A DNA stretch of 64,000 nucleotides from Polyangiaceae bacterium (GTDB lineage: Bacteria > Myxococcota_A > Polyangia > Polyangiales > Polyangiaceae). Shown one piece after another: positions 9,290 through 19,402 of the stretch. The first letter of the stretch is position 1. Each line of letters starts with the position of its first letter. The position numbers and the translations under genes were made by a program. The stretch spans positions 64,001 to 128,000 of the forward strand of contig JBNKBE010000011.1 in NCBI GenBank assembly GCA_050287085.1, in the 5' to 3' direction. The notes beneath the pieces are model-generated. The model was not told the origin of the DNA. It saw only the letters and a program-made list of their open reading frames with translations, and ran no database searches.

Positions 9290-10753
9290 TCAAAGCGGCA
9301 GTTCAGCCCCAAGCGAGAAGTCGTGCGGCAACGAGCCGCGTGCGCCGCGTAGATAGACGAACGGCGTGTAGGCCAACAAATTGGAAACCCGCGACATGTA
9401 GATGTCGCTGAAGCGTTCAATCTGACGGGCCAAGTAGCTCTTGTCACTGCCGCAACGCATGAGCTGTCCCCAGCGCGCGTTGACAAGCTCAGACGCTCGC
9501 TGAGCCAATGGCGCAATCCTCTCGTCAAGAGTGACCAACGCGGTCCGTATCTCGGCCATTTGGAGCTTCAGGCCCGCCTCGTCTTCCGCCTGCCCGTACC
9601 CCGCGCGCGAGCGCTGCACCCGGAGCCGCAGATGAGAGAAGCGATGCTCCAGAATCTCTTTCTCCGCCATCCACGCTTTGAGTTGAGCTAGCTCGGGCTG
9701 AAAGCCCTTCAACGCAAGCAGCTCCTCCTCCAGAGCCCGCAGAACCAAACCCGTGCGCCAGCGAAGCTGGTCCTTGGACGCATACACGTCGGCGAAGATA
9801 TGATCTCCAATATAGAGGATTTCGTCACCGGAAATCCCGAGGCTCTTCTCCACCTGCTCCGCATCCCCTCCCAGGTAGACCTTCCCCGCATGGATGCCAT
9901 CCAGACAGGGCTTGAAGTGACCGCGACTTGAGTCAACCAACTCGAAAAGTGGCTGCGACGTTGAGAAGAACGAAGGCTTTCTGGCCTGCACACAGATGAC
10001 GTCGAACAGATCTCGCCAGGAGCGCCCGTGCGGCAAAAAGCGATCGATGGCATAGGTCATCATCGCGTTCGTATAGCTCCACTCGGAGTTGGTGATCAGC
10101 AGCAGCTTCTTGCCAGCTTGTTGCAAGTCCAGCAGGGCCAGCGGCAACTCGGGGTCGAGGACGACAAAACGTTCCGGGCTCCGAATGACTTCAGCCTTCA
10201 GCATGCCCTCGAAATGGGTCACATCCACCGCCCCCCGCACAGCCTCGTAGAGATCGATATAGGTCGACACGCCGGGAAGTCGCGATTGATCGAAGAGATC
10301 GACCAGCTGCATGAATAGGCAAGCCTCAGACAGCGAAAAGTGAGTGTCCAGCGGCACCCAATGCTCTTGTCCCAGATTGATGGGGGACGTGTCGTAGGCC
10401 TTGCGTCGTTCCTCAAACGAGAGCATCTGGGTGCCGTGCGCCGCCTTGCGCACAAAGCCAAAACGGTTGGCTTTGACGACGTTGCCGCGAGCGAGGTCGA
10501 TGACCAAACCGAGACAAGAAAGCGCGGGCTCGAAACGAAGCTGCGATACCGGCCAGCCGCGACGAGCTAAGCGGGCCTGTGCGTATTCATAGGCCCGCCC
10601 TTCCCAAGCATCGGAGTCGTAGTGCACCAGCGTGTAGTCCATATCCAGGCCTACCGCTTTTGTTCCGCGCAGATTGAGCGTGCGGTTGCAGAAGATTCGA
10701 CGCTCCAAGGGGGGAAGCGCGACGTCTATCGATTCGAGCTCTGGAGATTTCAT
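9290..10753 (-). CDS. HAD-IG family 5'-nucleotidase (cN-II-like)
   Basis: IFCNRTLNL, GLDMDYTLVHY (DxDxT), LITNS, ARKPSFF, LYIGDHIFAD, WRT; start at MKSPELE. Confidence 0.92.
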   Translation of the reverse strand: MKSPELESIDVALPPLERRIFCNRTLNLRGTKAVGLDMDYTLVHYDSDAWEGRAYEYAQARLARRGWPVSQLRFEPALSCLGLVIDLARGNVVKANRFGFVRKAAHGTQMLSFEERRKAYDTSPINLGQEHWVPLDTHFSLSEACLFMQLVDLFDQSRLPGVSTYIDLYEAVRGAVDVTHFEGMLKAEVIRSPERFVVLDPELPLALLDLQQAGKKLLLITNSEWSYTNAMMTYAIDRFLPHGRSWRDLFDVICVQARKPSFFSTSQPLFELVDSSRGHFKPCLDGIHAGKVYLGGDAEQVEKSLGISGDEILYIGDHIFADVYASKDQLRWRTGLVLRALEEELLALKGFQPELAQLKAWMAEKEILEHRFSHLRLRVQRSRAGYGQAEDEAGLKLQMAEIRTALVTLDERIAPLAQRASELVNARWGQLMRCGSDKSYLARQIERFSDIYMSRVSNLLAYTPFVYLRGARGSLPHDFSLGAELPL

Positions 10754-10881
10754 GGACGTTTCACTGTAGCAGACGCAGGTGTCCCGCGCCGACGGAGCCC
10801 CTAACCGAACGAGGACGCCCCGCGCGAGGGCCCGACCCAACGTCCAGAAGGACACAACCGGCAACCGGGAAGGTCAAACGC

Positions 10882-11604
10882 TCACCTCCGGTCGGCCGTC
10901 GGTCTGATAGAGCTCCGCTCTACATTGATAGAGCTCCGCTCTACACCGATAGAGCTCCGCTCTGCACCATGACACGTGAAGGTCGCGCTCAAGCGGGGGG
11001 CGGCCGTCACGCTCCGAAACCACTCGCCGTCGCTCAGCCCCCCCAGCAGAGCACGAGCCGATAGCCCAGCCCCACAGAACGACGAGATCGGTACCAAATA
11101 GCCGGCCCCGGCTGAAATTGCCAAGCCAGATTCGAGCTGCCGCTCCGACGACCAACGCCCCAAGCCCAGAGCGACGTCCGCGTACAAGCCGGGTAAGGAC
11201 TTGATGTGATAGGCGGCATATGGGCCAAAGGTGACCAGCGTGGAGCCGCCGAGGGGCGCCCGCAGTGCGGCGTCTTTGGACGTCGAGCCACGGCGAGTCC
11301 AAGTGGGGATGTCGACCGCGGCATGCAGCCCGAGCTCCGTACGACCTTCAAGGCGGAGTCCGGCCGCAACAGATGACAAGAGACTGAGCGACACCGCCTT
11401 GCCGTGCGAATAAGGATCGGGCCGGTGCCACTCTGACCAGCTCGCCCCAAGACCCAATCCCCCTCTGACAAACCAGGTCCCGTCAGCGGATGCCGGGCGG
11501 GCCTGGGCCGCGTTCCCCGGAGCGGCCCGCGCGGCCCGCTCCCCAAGCCCAATAGCGAGCGTCGACACCACGGCAACACACGCCGCGCACGCGCGATGGT
11601 TCAC
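10882..11604 (-). CDS. Secreted hypothetical protein, probable outer-membrane beta-barrel-like
   Basis: Signal peptide (..ARA-A), alternating beta-strand pattern; overlaps the cobA-hemD stop by 4 nt. Confidence 0.55.
   Translation of the reverse strand: MNHRACAACVAVVSTLAIGLGERAARAAPGNAAQARPASADGTWFVRGGLGLGASWSEWHRPDPYSHGKAVSLSLLSSVAAGLRLEGRTELGLHAAVDIPTWTRRGSTSKDAALRAPLGGSTLVTFGPYAAYHIKSLPGLYADVALGLGRWSSERQLESGLAISAGAGYLVPISSFCGAGLSARALLGGLSDGEWFRSVTAAPRLSATFTCHGAERSSIGVERSSINVERSSIRPTADRR
10906..10968. repeat. 21-bp tandem repeat x3 (GATAGAGCTCCGCTCTRCAYY)
   Basis: Three adjacent near-identical units at 10906, 10927, 10948; encodes xxERSSI x3. Confidence 0.95.
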
Positions 11605-13118
11605 GCGCTCGGGCCCGTAGCCGCTAGCGCCATGAGCAACCCCGGCACCGTGTACTCAGCAGCACTAACATCCACGGAAACACCACATTGCGCGAGCGTC
11701 GCAGACGTGATGGGACCGATACTTGCAACCGTCAATCGTCGCAGCAACGCTGGCGCGTCATCCCCCAGAGCGTCTACCATTGCCTGAACCGTCGAGCTCG
11801 AGGTGAATAGCGCGGTATCGACACCACCGCCTTCTATCAATTCACGCAGCGCCGACCGACCGGCGGCGGACAGCGCTCGAGTCTCATAGGCAGGCACCAC
11901 CTCGACTTCAATTCCGGAGCGGCGCAGACTTGCCGGCAGTTCTTCTCTCGCGACGAGTGCGCGCGGTATCAACACTCGTCGAACCTGACCCTGCGCTAGC
12001 AGGTCGCGGCTGAGACCTTCGCCCACGAACTCTTTGGCTACTAGATCCGGACGCAACCCGTAGCGAGCCAAAGCCTGTCCCGTCTTGGGACCGATCACGC
12101 CGACGCGAGCCGCGCCGAGCAGGCGCGCGTCTTTTCCGCTGGCAAACGCCTTCTCGAAGAATCGCTCCACGCCGTTGGCACTGGTGAACAACACCCAGTC
12201 GTATTCGTGAGCGCGTTCAATCGCCTCCTGCAAACGCTCAGGCGAAGGGGGGGCCTCGATGGTGATCAGGGGAAAGAGTACCGGTTCCGCCCCCATCTCG
12301 CGAATTGCTTGGGCCGTTTGCGATGCTTGATGCGGTGGGCGCGGGACCAGAATGCGACGGCCAAATAGCGGCAGACGCTCGAACCAGCTTAGCTTGTCGC
12401 GCAACGCCACTACCTCGCCCACCACGATGACAGCGGGATTCGCGAAGCCCTGCGCTCGAACGTCGCTTGCGACCTGCGACAGCGTGCTGATCAGAACTCG
12501 CTGAGCTGGCCTTGCGCCCCACTGAATTACAGCAACCGGCGTTGTCTCCGCGCGCCCCCCCTCGACGATGGCCCGAGCAATGTCGTCGATGCGCCGCATG
12601 CCCATCAATATGCACAACGTATCGGTTGCAGTCGCAAGCTTGCGCCATGCCCCTGGAGTCCACTCCTTGCCCGCTCGGTCATGTCCAGTAATGAACGTCA
12701 CGCTGCTGGACAAGTCCCGATGAGTCAGCGGAATGCCTGCAAAAGCGCTCGTCCCTACGGGCGAGGACAACCCAGGCACCACCTCAAACTCGATGCCCGC
12801 AGCCGCCAGGGCTTCCGCTTCTTCCGCGCCTCGAGCAAATAGATACGAGTCGCCGCCCTTGAGTCGGACCACGCGCGCGCCCCCACGAGCCAGCTCGATC
12901 AACTGCTCAGTGATCCAGGCCTGACTTGGGTTCTCCCGCCCACCAAGCTTGCCAACGCTTCTGAGCTCTGCCTCCGGCGACGCAAGGGCAAGCAGCGCTG
13001 GATGCGAAAGGGCGTCGTACAAGATGACGTCGGCGGTCCGGAGCACGTCCTGCCCCCGCACGGTGATGAGACCTGGATCCCCCGGCCCCGCGCCGACCAG
13101 CCAAACCTTGCCTGCCAT
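11601..13118 (-). CDS. cobA-hemD: Uroporphyrinogen-III C-methyltransferase / uroporphyrinogen-III synthase fusion (CobA-HemD)
   Basis: VWLVGAGPGDPGLIT, VVRLKGGD, GIPLTHRDLSSSV (SUMT); LPLFGRRILV, LFTSANGVERF, IGPKT, FTSSSTV, SIGPITS (HemD). Confidence 0.93.
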   Translation of the reverse strand: MAGKVWLVGAGPGDPGLITVRGQDVLRTADVILYDALSHPALLALASPEAELRSVGKLGGRENPSQAWITEQLIELARGGARVVRLKGGDSYLFARGAEEAEALAAAGIEFEVVPGLSSPVGTSAFAGIPLTHRDLSSSVTFITGHDRAGKEWTPGAWRKLATATDTLCILMGMRRIDDIARAIVEGGRAETTPVAVIQWGARPAQRVLISTLSQVASDVRAQGFANPAVIVVGEVVALRDKLSWFERLPLFGRRILVPRPPHQASQTAQAIREMGAEPVLFPLITIEAPPSPERLQEAIERAHEYDWVLFTSANGVERFFEKAFASGKDARLLGAARVGVIGPKTGQALARYGLRPDLVAKEFVGEGLSRDLLAQGQVRRVLIPRALVAREELPASLRRSGIEVEVVPAYETRALSAAGRSALRELIEGGGVDTALFTSSSTVQAMVDALGDDAPALLRRLTVASIGPITSATLAQCGVSVDVSAAEYTVPGLLMALAATGPSA

Positions 13119-13234
13119 GACTCACGATACCGAAGTTGTGGCCCGAAGCAAGCTGTCACGTCACGCGCCAAGCCTTGATCGGAGGAGGGAGAAGCTTGCT
13201 CGCTCCGAGCGGTTTGGGGTTCGGCCGGTGGGAG

Positions 13235-13366
13235 GGGTTTCGGCTTTTTCTTCCGAACCAACTATTGATCAAGGTTGGTCACGCCCCCACCCAGGGACGG
13301 CCTTCCCGTGGGCGCCTCCGGATGTCCGGAAGAACAGGCTCGCTTCGGCCGAGCGCCGCGAAACCC
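13235..13366. ncRNA. Candidate structured RNA element (unassigned multi-stem fold)
   Basis: Nested stems 13235-13244/13355-13366 and 13248-13255/13327-13334 plus three hairpins, one with a cUUCGg loop on the + strand. Confidence 0.4.
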
Positions 13367-14178
13367 TAGAGTCGGAACTCGGCTGAAAGCAGAAGCTCAC
13401 GCACTCGAGCGGACAGCCACACCGCGAAATCTTCCTCCACACCCAGACAACGAGCCACTGGGGGCGTCCGCTTTGGGTTCATGCCACTGCGCTCGACGGC
13501 ATCGACTAGCCCCTGCTGTATGACCCGAGTGAGCTTACCCGGAAACAGCAGGTAGGGAGCAACGACCCAGCCGGGCCGCTCCAGGATCGTCGCCACAACT
13601 GCGCTGTAGGCTGGAGACTGAGCGGCGAGGAAGCAAGGCTTCACGGGAACTCTGAGCCGCGACTGAAGTGCCTCACCCACCTCCAGAAAGCGCGTCGTAG
13701 CGATGTCAACGCTGCTGCCGCGCCCGACCAACAATACGCCAGCGAGGTCTATCTCGCTCACTTTGGGTACGGCCGTAGCAACCCGGCTTGCCGCAATGGC
13801 CACAAGCCCCCGGTCGAGGTCGAAGGCAGGCCCAACCTCAAATTGGACTCGTGGATAGCGTCTCCGTGCGGCCTCGACGAGCTGGGGCAAATCCCTCTGC
13901 GTGTGCCCCGCGTCAAACAAGAAAAGCGGCAACACACACACCCTATCGGCCCCAAACGCGGCCTGGTCCAGCGCATCCGATACGGTGGGGCTTGCATGCT
14001 CCAGGTACCCAAGCGCCACGTCGACGTCACGCATGCTGGCGGACAGACGCGTCGCTAGCTGCTCCAGGTGCACGTTCGATACCCGACTGCCGTGCCCCAC
14101 CAACACAAGTCGCGTCTTGGCCAACGCCTCAGGTCGACAGGTGTCGTCTAGAGAATTGCATCCATCCGATGAAGCCAT
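13366..14178 (-). CDS. cbiX: Sirohydrochlorin chelatase (CbiX/SirB family)
   Basis: LVGHGSR, GYLEHASP, LPLFLFDAGHTQRDLP; second domain LLVGRGSS, PYLLFPG; cob gene context. Confidence 0.8.
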   Translation of the reverse strand: MASSDGCNSLDDTCRPEALAKTRLVLVGHGSRVSNVHLEQLATRLSASMRDVDVALGYLEHASPTVSDALDQAAFGADRVCVLPLFLFDAGHTQRDLPQLVEAARRRYPRVQFEVGPAFDLDRGLVAIAASRVATAVPKVSEIDLAGVLLVGRGSSVDIATTRFLEVGEALQSRLRVPVKPCFLAAQSPAYSAVVATILERPGWVVAPYLLFPGKLTRVIQQGLVDAVERSGMNPKRTPPVARCLGVEEDFAVWLSARVRELLLSAEFRL

Positions 14179-14220
14179 AGACCGATACTTCGCAACAGCG
14201 CCCCCGGGCGCGCAACGCAC

Positions 14221-14871
14221 TCAGAATTCAACCCCCCTGCGCGCCCGCACGCCGGCCTCAAATGCATGCTTGTGCAACTTCATCTCCGTCACGGTATCGG
14301 CGACGTCGAGTAGGGCCTGAGGTGCACCGCGTCCCGTTATGATGATGGACAGTTCGCGAGGTTTGTTGACGAGAGCCCTCACCACCTCCTCCGTGGGCAA
14401 GAACTCATACTGAAGAACGACGTTGAGCTCGTCGAGCACCAGCAACGAATACCTCGGCTCCGGGCTATCGCATTGTGCCAAGGCGTTGAGCACCTGGTCC
14501 CAGCCTTCGCGGGCTGCCGCCACGTCCTTGGCTCGGTCCTGCGTATTCCACGTAAAGCCGTTGCCGGACTGGTAGTAGTCGATCTCCGGAAAGCGCTTGA
14601 AGGCTTCTCGTTCACCGGTCTTCCACGTCCCCTTTATGAACTGAAAGACGGCCACGCGTTGACCGTGCCCTGCAGCCCGGAGCGCCGTACCAAAACCGGC
14701 TGTCGACTTACCTTTGCCGTCACCCGTATTGACGATGATGACGCCTCGGTCTTCTTGCTTGCGACGCACCTTCGCGTCCTGCTCGACCTTGAGAGCCGCC
14801 ATGCGCTCCCGATAATCGTCGGCCGTTTCCTCCACCTCTGGGCGCGCGCTGCTGGCGCTGACTTCGGTCAT
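14221..14871 (-). CDS. cobO: Cob(I)yrinic acid a,c-diamide adenosyltransferase (CobO/BtuR)
   Basis: IVNTGDGKGKSTAGFG, QFIKG, GFTW, LVLDEL, ITGRGAP, ADTVTEM, KHAF..G..ARRGVEF. Confidence 0.95.
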   Translation of the reverse strand: MTEVSASSARPEVEETADDYRERMAALKVEQDAKVRRKQEDRGVIIVNTGDGKGKSTAGFGTALRAAGHGQRVAVFQFIKGTWKTGEREAFKRFPEIDYYQSGNGFTWNTQDRAKDVAAAREGWDQVLNALAQCDSPEPRYSLLVLDELNVVLQYEFLPTEEVVRALVNKPRELSIIITGRGAPQALLDVADTVTEMKLHKHAFEAGVRARRGVEF

Positions 14872-15051
14872 GAGGGTGGTATAGAGTCAGTTGCCGCTGG
14901 GAGAATAGCGCGTCCGGTAGACGATGCTCCGGCAGCGAGCCCGCCGGCCGAGCCCCAACCCGCTCCCACGCCAGTGCGTCCTCGCCTGGCAGTACAAAAC
15001 TGGCGGAAAACACGCTATGGGGCCCCTGTGAGCGTCCGGGCCACTCAGCTT

Positions 15052-15570
15052 ATGTCGCGAGCCACCCCACGGGTGAGCTACCTCGGATGGGCCCTCTCTT
15101 GCTTGCTCGCGCCCTGGCTCATCGCTTGCCCAGCGCCGACCTGCGACACGGACGGCGGCACGCCTTTGGAGTACCGAGAAGGTCTAACCAATGCAGCAGG
15201 CACCTACTATGAGACAGGCGCCTCGGACCAACCCTTCCTGTATTTTCCGGGCGGCCGCCGGTATCGCTTCCGTCACGGTTTGCGCGGCGTTCCGTCGACC
15301 TTCGAGGCGCGACTGGCCTTCTCTCCGTGTCCCTTCTCGGACGAGATAGACGTACCTGGTGAACAACCGAAATGCAAACCGGTCACGGCTGACTCTGAGG
15401 GGCCTGGCGCGGCGGAAACGGCCGGCAACCAAGTGCTGTTCGAAAAGATTTCGGACACCGTTGTCGAAGTCCGCAATGACACGTGCGCGGAGTTCTATCT
15501 TCGGGTCTGGGCCACCTACGTAGGCGACCTAGACGTGGACGCAAGTCTCAAGGCCGACGCGAGTCCCTGA
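15052..15570 (+). CDS. Hypothetical lipoprotein
   Basis: Lipobox LIA-C; YFPGGRRY.F.HGL, AGNQ, VRNDTCAEFYLRV. In-frame GTG at 15028 is an alternative start. Confidence 0.6.
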   Translation: MSRATPRVSYLGWALSCLLAPWLIACPAPTCDTDGGTPLEYREGLTNAAGTYYETGASDQPFLYFPGGRRYRFRHGLRGVPSTFEARLAFSPCPFSDEIDVPGEQPKCKPVTADSEGPGAAETAGNQVLFEKISDTVVEVRNDTCAEFYLRVWATYVGDLDVDASLKADASP

Positions 15571-15599
15571 CGCTGGCCCGAAGGCGACGCGAGCGCCCG

Positions 15600-17405
15600 T
15601 CATTCGCGCGCGAAGTGAAGCTCATGCAGTCTCGCGTACAAGCCTCCCTGAGCCAGGAGCTCCTCGTGAGTTCCTTCTTCGGCAACCTCCCCACGCTGAA
15701 GCACCACAATACGATCCGCCGCGCGGATGGTGCTCAAGCGGTGTGCAATGATGATAGCACTCCGACCTAACATCAACTCGTCGAGCGCCTTCTGCAGACG
15801 CGCCTCAGTCTCCGAATCCACGCTGGCGGTGGCCTCGTCTAGGATCAGAATCGGCGCGTCACGATAGAGAGCTCGCGCGAAGGCAATCAGCTGTCGCTCG
15901 CCCACGCTGAAGTTGGCCCCCCGCTCCTCAACCGGCGCATCGAGTCCACCAGGACGACGCGCAAGCATATCGAACGCGCCGAGACGACGCAGGACGGTCT
16001 CGACTTTATCGGAGTCCGGCCTTTGCCCGACCGCGATATTCTCGGCAATAGTGCCCGGAAACAGGAATACGTCCTGAGGCACCACAGAGAATTGACCTCG
16101 CAGCTGCTGCCGCTCCAGTCCGCGAATGTCCTTGCCCATCACCCGCACAACCCCCGCATCAGCGTCGTAAAGCCTGAGAAGGAGCGCCGACAGCGTCGTC
16201 TTGCCGGAGCCGGTCGGCCCCACCAGAGCAATCTTCTCGCCTCTTCGGGCGGACAGCGAGAGCCCCCGCAACACCGGCTTGCTCGCATTGTAGGAGAAGT
16301 CGACGTGCTCGAGTTCGAAGGCCGCATCACCCTTGTCTGGCAGCGCCTTGGATAGCGTCGGGGCATCGCGCTCCGCGTCACCCTGATCGAATAGCCCGAA
16401 AACACGCTCCGCCCCCGCAAGCGCACTCTGCAGAATGGTGTAGCGCTGAGCCAGGAGTGAAATGGGCTCAAAAAACTCACGCACGTAGGCGTTGAACGCG
16501 ACCAGCACCCCAAAAGTGACTGGATGAAAGCCTAGCGCCACGAGTATCGACGCCAAGGATACCGCTGTGATCATCTCCACGGCGGCGTCCTGCAGCGCAT
16601 CGTACTTGATAGAGCGGATATTCGCTTCCCGATAGGCCTCGTTGATCTCGTCGAATTCGTCGGCTGCCGCGTCTTGCTGCCCGTACGCTTGAACCACGGC
16701 CATGCCGGATACCTGCTCATTCATCGTCGCGTTCATGCGTGACGTCTTGGCCCGAATGGCCCTGAACGCGTCGCGATGCAGCCGACGAACGAAATGGACC
16801 ATCAGCGCCACCGGTGGCACGGCCAGAAACGTGACAACCGCAAGCTTCCAGTCGAGCCCGACCATGAACGCGACGACCCCAACGAGCTTGAGAATGTCGG
16901 TCACGATGCTCAGGGCACCCGAGGAGGCCAGTTCCAGAATGGCGTCGGTGTCGTTCGTTACACGCGTGACCAGCCGCCCCACGGGTTGGCGATCGAAGAA
17001 TCGCATCCGCAGGGTATGAATGAACTCGAAGATCTGGCTCCGGAGGTCGGCCACCACGCGGGCCCCGAGGAGCTGAGTTGCGTAGATGCGTCCCACCGCC
17101 AAGACCTGCTCGACAAGCACTACCAGCGCAAACGAGAGGGCTCCTTGGGTGAGCACGTCAGCGTCCTTCGCCATCACGCCGGAGTCGATCGTCCAGCGCA
17201 TCAGTAGCGGGCGAACGAGTGCCAGCGCAGCGGTGAGTCCCCCTAGAAACACGGTCGCGTAAAGCAAGCTGCGATGCGGGACGACGAAGGGCCATAGTCG
17301 CCGAAGCAGAGACCAGTCTTGAGTGCCCGCGAAACCGCTCTCCTCATGAAAGCGCCGCAGGATCTCCTCGGTGCGCTTCTTTGTACGCGTGGCGGTCGGG
17401 TTCAT
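15600..17405 (-). CDS. ABC exporter, fused permease/ATPase (MdlB/YheH-like half)
   Basis: 6-TM domain, GPTGSGKTT, FSVGERQ (degenerate signature), LILDEATA, IAHRLST. Confidence 0.92.
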   Translation of the reverse strand: MNPTATRTKKRTEEILRRFHEESGFAGTQDWSLLRRLWPFVVPHRSLLYATVFLGGLTAALALVRPLLMRWTIDSGVMAKDADVLTQGALSFALVVLVEQVLAVGRIYATQLLGARVVADLRSQIFEFIHTLRMRFFDRQPVGRLVTRVTNDTDAILELASSGALSIVTDILKLVGVVAFMVGLDWKLAVVTFLAVPPVALMVHFVRRLHRDAFRAIRAKTSRMNATMNEQVSGMAVVQAYGQQDAAADEFDEINEAYREANIRSIKYDALQDAAVEMITAVSLASILVALGFHPVTFGVLVAFNAYVREFFEPISLLAQRYTILQSALAGAERVFGLFDQGDAERDAPTLSKALPDKGDAAFELEHVDFSYNASKPVLRGLSLSARRGEKIALVGPTGSGKTTLSALLLRLYDADAGVVRVMGKDIRGLERQQLRGQFSVVPQDVFLFPGTIAENIAVGQRPDSDKVETVLRRLGAFDMLARRPGGLDAPVEERGANFSVGERQLIAFARALYRDAPILILDEATASVDSETEARLQKALDELMLGRSAIIIAHRLSTIRAADRIVVLQRGEVAEEGTHEELLAQGGLYARLHELHFARE

Positions 17406-19198
17406 TGGGCGACTTCCTGTGCCTGAGCGGCCAACTTGTACAACTCAGACTCGATCCTTTGTTCCTCCGCGAAGGTCGCATACAGCCCCCCACGAGCGCA
17501 TAGTTCATCGTGAGTCCCCGCGGCGACGATCCGCCCCTCGTCGAGTACCACGATGCGGTCACAACGTTGCGCGGCGCTCACGCGGTGCGTGATCAATACC
17601 ACGCTTCGGCGTGCCCGCTGCCGATCGATCGCACGAAGAATCGCTGCTTCTGTGCGGGCATCCACCGCGCTCAGCGGATCGTCCAGCACGAGGATGCGTG
17701 GATCGGAAAGCAGCGCCCGGGCCAGGGACACGCGCTGCTTCTGTCCACCGGAGAGCTGAACCCCGCGCTCCCCCACGACCGTGTCATATCCGTCTGGGAG
17801 CTCTGCTATCTCCTCCGCTATCTGCGCCTCTTCTGCGGCGCTGCGAATCTGCGCCTGTGCGGCGGGGCTGTCGGGCTCATCGAGCGCATAGCCAATGTTG
17901 CGACCGATCGTCGTAGAGAATAGGAACGCATCCTGCTGTGCGTAGCCAATGTACGCTCGCAAGTCCGATATGCGCAGGTCACAGATGTCCACGCCCCCTA
18001 GAAACACAGCCCCGCGGGGCGTGTTGTAGAGTCGGGCGAGCAGCAGCGCGACCGTGCTCTTGCCCGCCCCGGTTCGACCCACGATGGCGAGCGACTGCCC
18101 TGGCTCGAGCGAAAAGCTGACGCCCGAAAGCACGAGCTCCTGCTTGTAGCCAAACGTCAGCTCCCGCACCTCCAGCGCATGTTCACCCGGAGGCAAGCAC
18201 TGCGTCCCCTCGGCGATTTCAGGCTCCTTGTCGAAGATCTCTTTCACTCGCGAATAACTCGCTCGGCCCCGCTGCACCACGCTGACCATGAACCCCAGGG
18301 ATATGAGCGGCCAGGTCAGCCGCGACAACGCCCGAAAGAAAGCGACAAACGCCCCCGCATCGAACTCGGGCTCGGTCAACACCAGATAGCCGCCATACCA
18401 CAACAGGACGACCAACCCGACAGAGGTGATCGCCTGCATGACTGGCCACATCACGCCGCGCAAACGGGCAAGACGCAATGCCTTGTCCAAATAGTTCTGA
18501 TTTGCGACGGAAAACTGGCGCGCCTCTTCTTCTTCCAACGCGAATGAACGCACGACGCGAATGCCCGAAATGCTCGACTGAACTCGCTCACTCATCTGTC
18601 CGAGGGCCACTTGGTTCTCGCGCTGCCGACCGAACATGCGTTTCGCAAAGTAGGCCATCGACAGAAACAGCACAGGCAGCATAGCCAGCGACGCCATCGT
18701 TAGACTAACACTGCGTTCCAGGGTGATGGCCAAGGCACTCACGATTGCAAACGCGGTCGCGAAAACGTTGAGAACCCCGAAACCAAGCAACAGCCGGACC
18801 TGAGCGAGGTCATTCGTCACCCGGCTCATGATGTCACCGGTCGCCATATTGCCGTAGAAGGCCGGCCCCAACTTGTGCAGGTGATGCAATAGCGCGCGGC
18901 GAAGCTCGTACTCTGCGTTGCGGCCGCCGTTGAAGATCGCAATCCGCGACAGTATCCGAGCGAAGAACGACACCAACGCGATACCGATCAGCCCGAGACC
19001 GAGATGCCACGTGTGGCTGACGCCGGCAGAGAAGGCTTCGTCCACCGCGTGGTCCAGCTCGGTATCAAATAGGTACTGCAGGTAGTTGTAGACCGCCAAG
19101 AACAGCAAGCCAGCCACATATCCGGGGGATTGGCGCGCGAATTGGGCCCAAAGCCCCACAGGAATATCCTGCGCAGGCGTTTTCTTGACGGTGAACAT
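17402..19198 (-). CDS. ABC exporter, fused permease/ATPase (MdlA/YheI-like half)
   Basis: GRTGAGKST, LSGGQKQR, LVLDDPLSAVD, ITHR; 4-nt overlap with partner gene suggests a heterodimer. Confidence 0.92.
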   Translation of the reverse strand: MFTVKKTPAQDIPVGLWAQFARQSPGYVAGLLFLAVYNYLQYLFDTELDHAVDEAFSAGVSHTWHLGLGLIGIALVSFFARILSRIAIFNGGRNAEYELRRALLHHLHKLGPAFYGNMATGDIMSRVTNDLAQVRLLLGFGVLNVFATAFAIVSALAITLERSVSLTMASLAMLPVLFLSMAYFAKRMFGRQRENQVALGQMSERVQSSISGIRVVRSFALEEEEARQFSVANQNYLDKALRLARLRGVMWPVMQAITSVGLVVLLWYGGYLVLTEPEFDAGAFVAFFRALSRLTWPLISLGFMVSVVQRGRASYSRVKEIFDKEPEIAEGTQCLPPGEHALEVRELTFGYKQELVLSGVSFSLEPGQSLAIVGRTGAGKSTVALLLARLYNTPRGAVFLGGVDICDLRISDLRAYIGYAQQDAFLFSTTIGRNIGYALDEPDSPAAQAQIRSAAEEAQIAEEIAELPDGYDTVVGERGVQLSGGQKQRVSLARALLSDPRILVLDDPLSAVDARTEAAILRAIDRQRARRSVVLITHRVSAAQRCDRIVVLDEGRIVAAGTHDELCARGGLYATFAEEQRIESELYKLAAQAQEVAQ

Positions 19199-19402
19199 CG
19201 ATTCGGATGGGTAGCTATAGGCAATCGCCGACCGAGCGCAACCCCGCTTCGCGCTACACTGAGTGCCGCCGTTGACGTCGGAGGTCCGGTGGTTGATATC
19301 AGCGCTCGTCGTGCACCACTGCTGGATCGAACCGCCCGGCCCGGTCGGCTCGATCCAACATCACCTGCCCCTAAGGGCTCGCGAAGGGGTAAGTCAGTCG
19401 CG

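Noticed and set aside
13266..13330. SAM-I riboswitch (ATCAAG...AGGGACGGCC)
   Set aside because: Lacks GCAACC and the closing GAT, and is on the wrong strand for the adjacent genes
13119..13366. Cobalamin riboswitch before cobA-hemD (minus strand has CCCACGGGAAGGC)
   Set aside because: No AGGGAA-GGTG-AA-TCC or GCnACTG elements and no AGnCAG-AnACC B12-box; cobA also appears to have its own leaderless promoter
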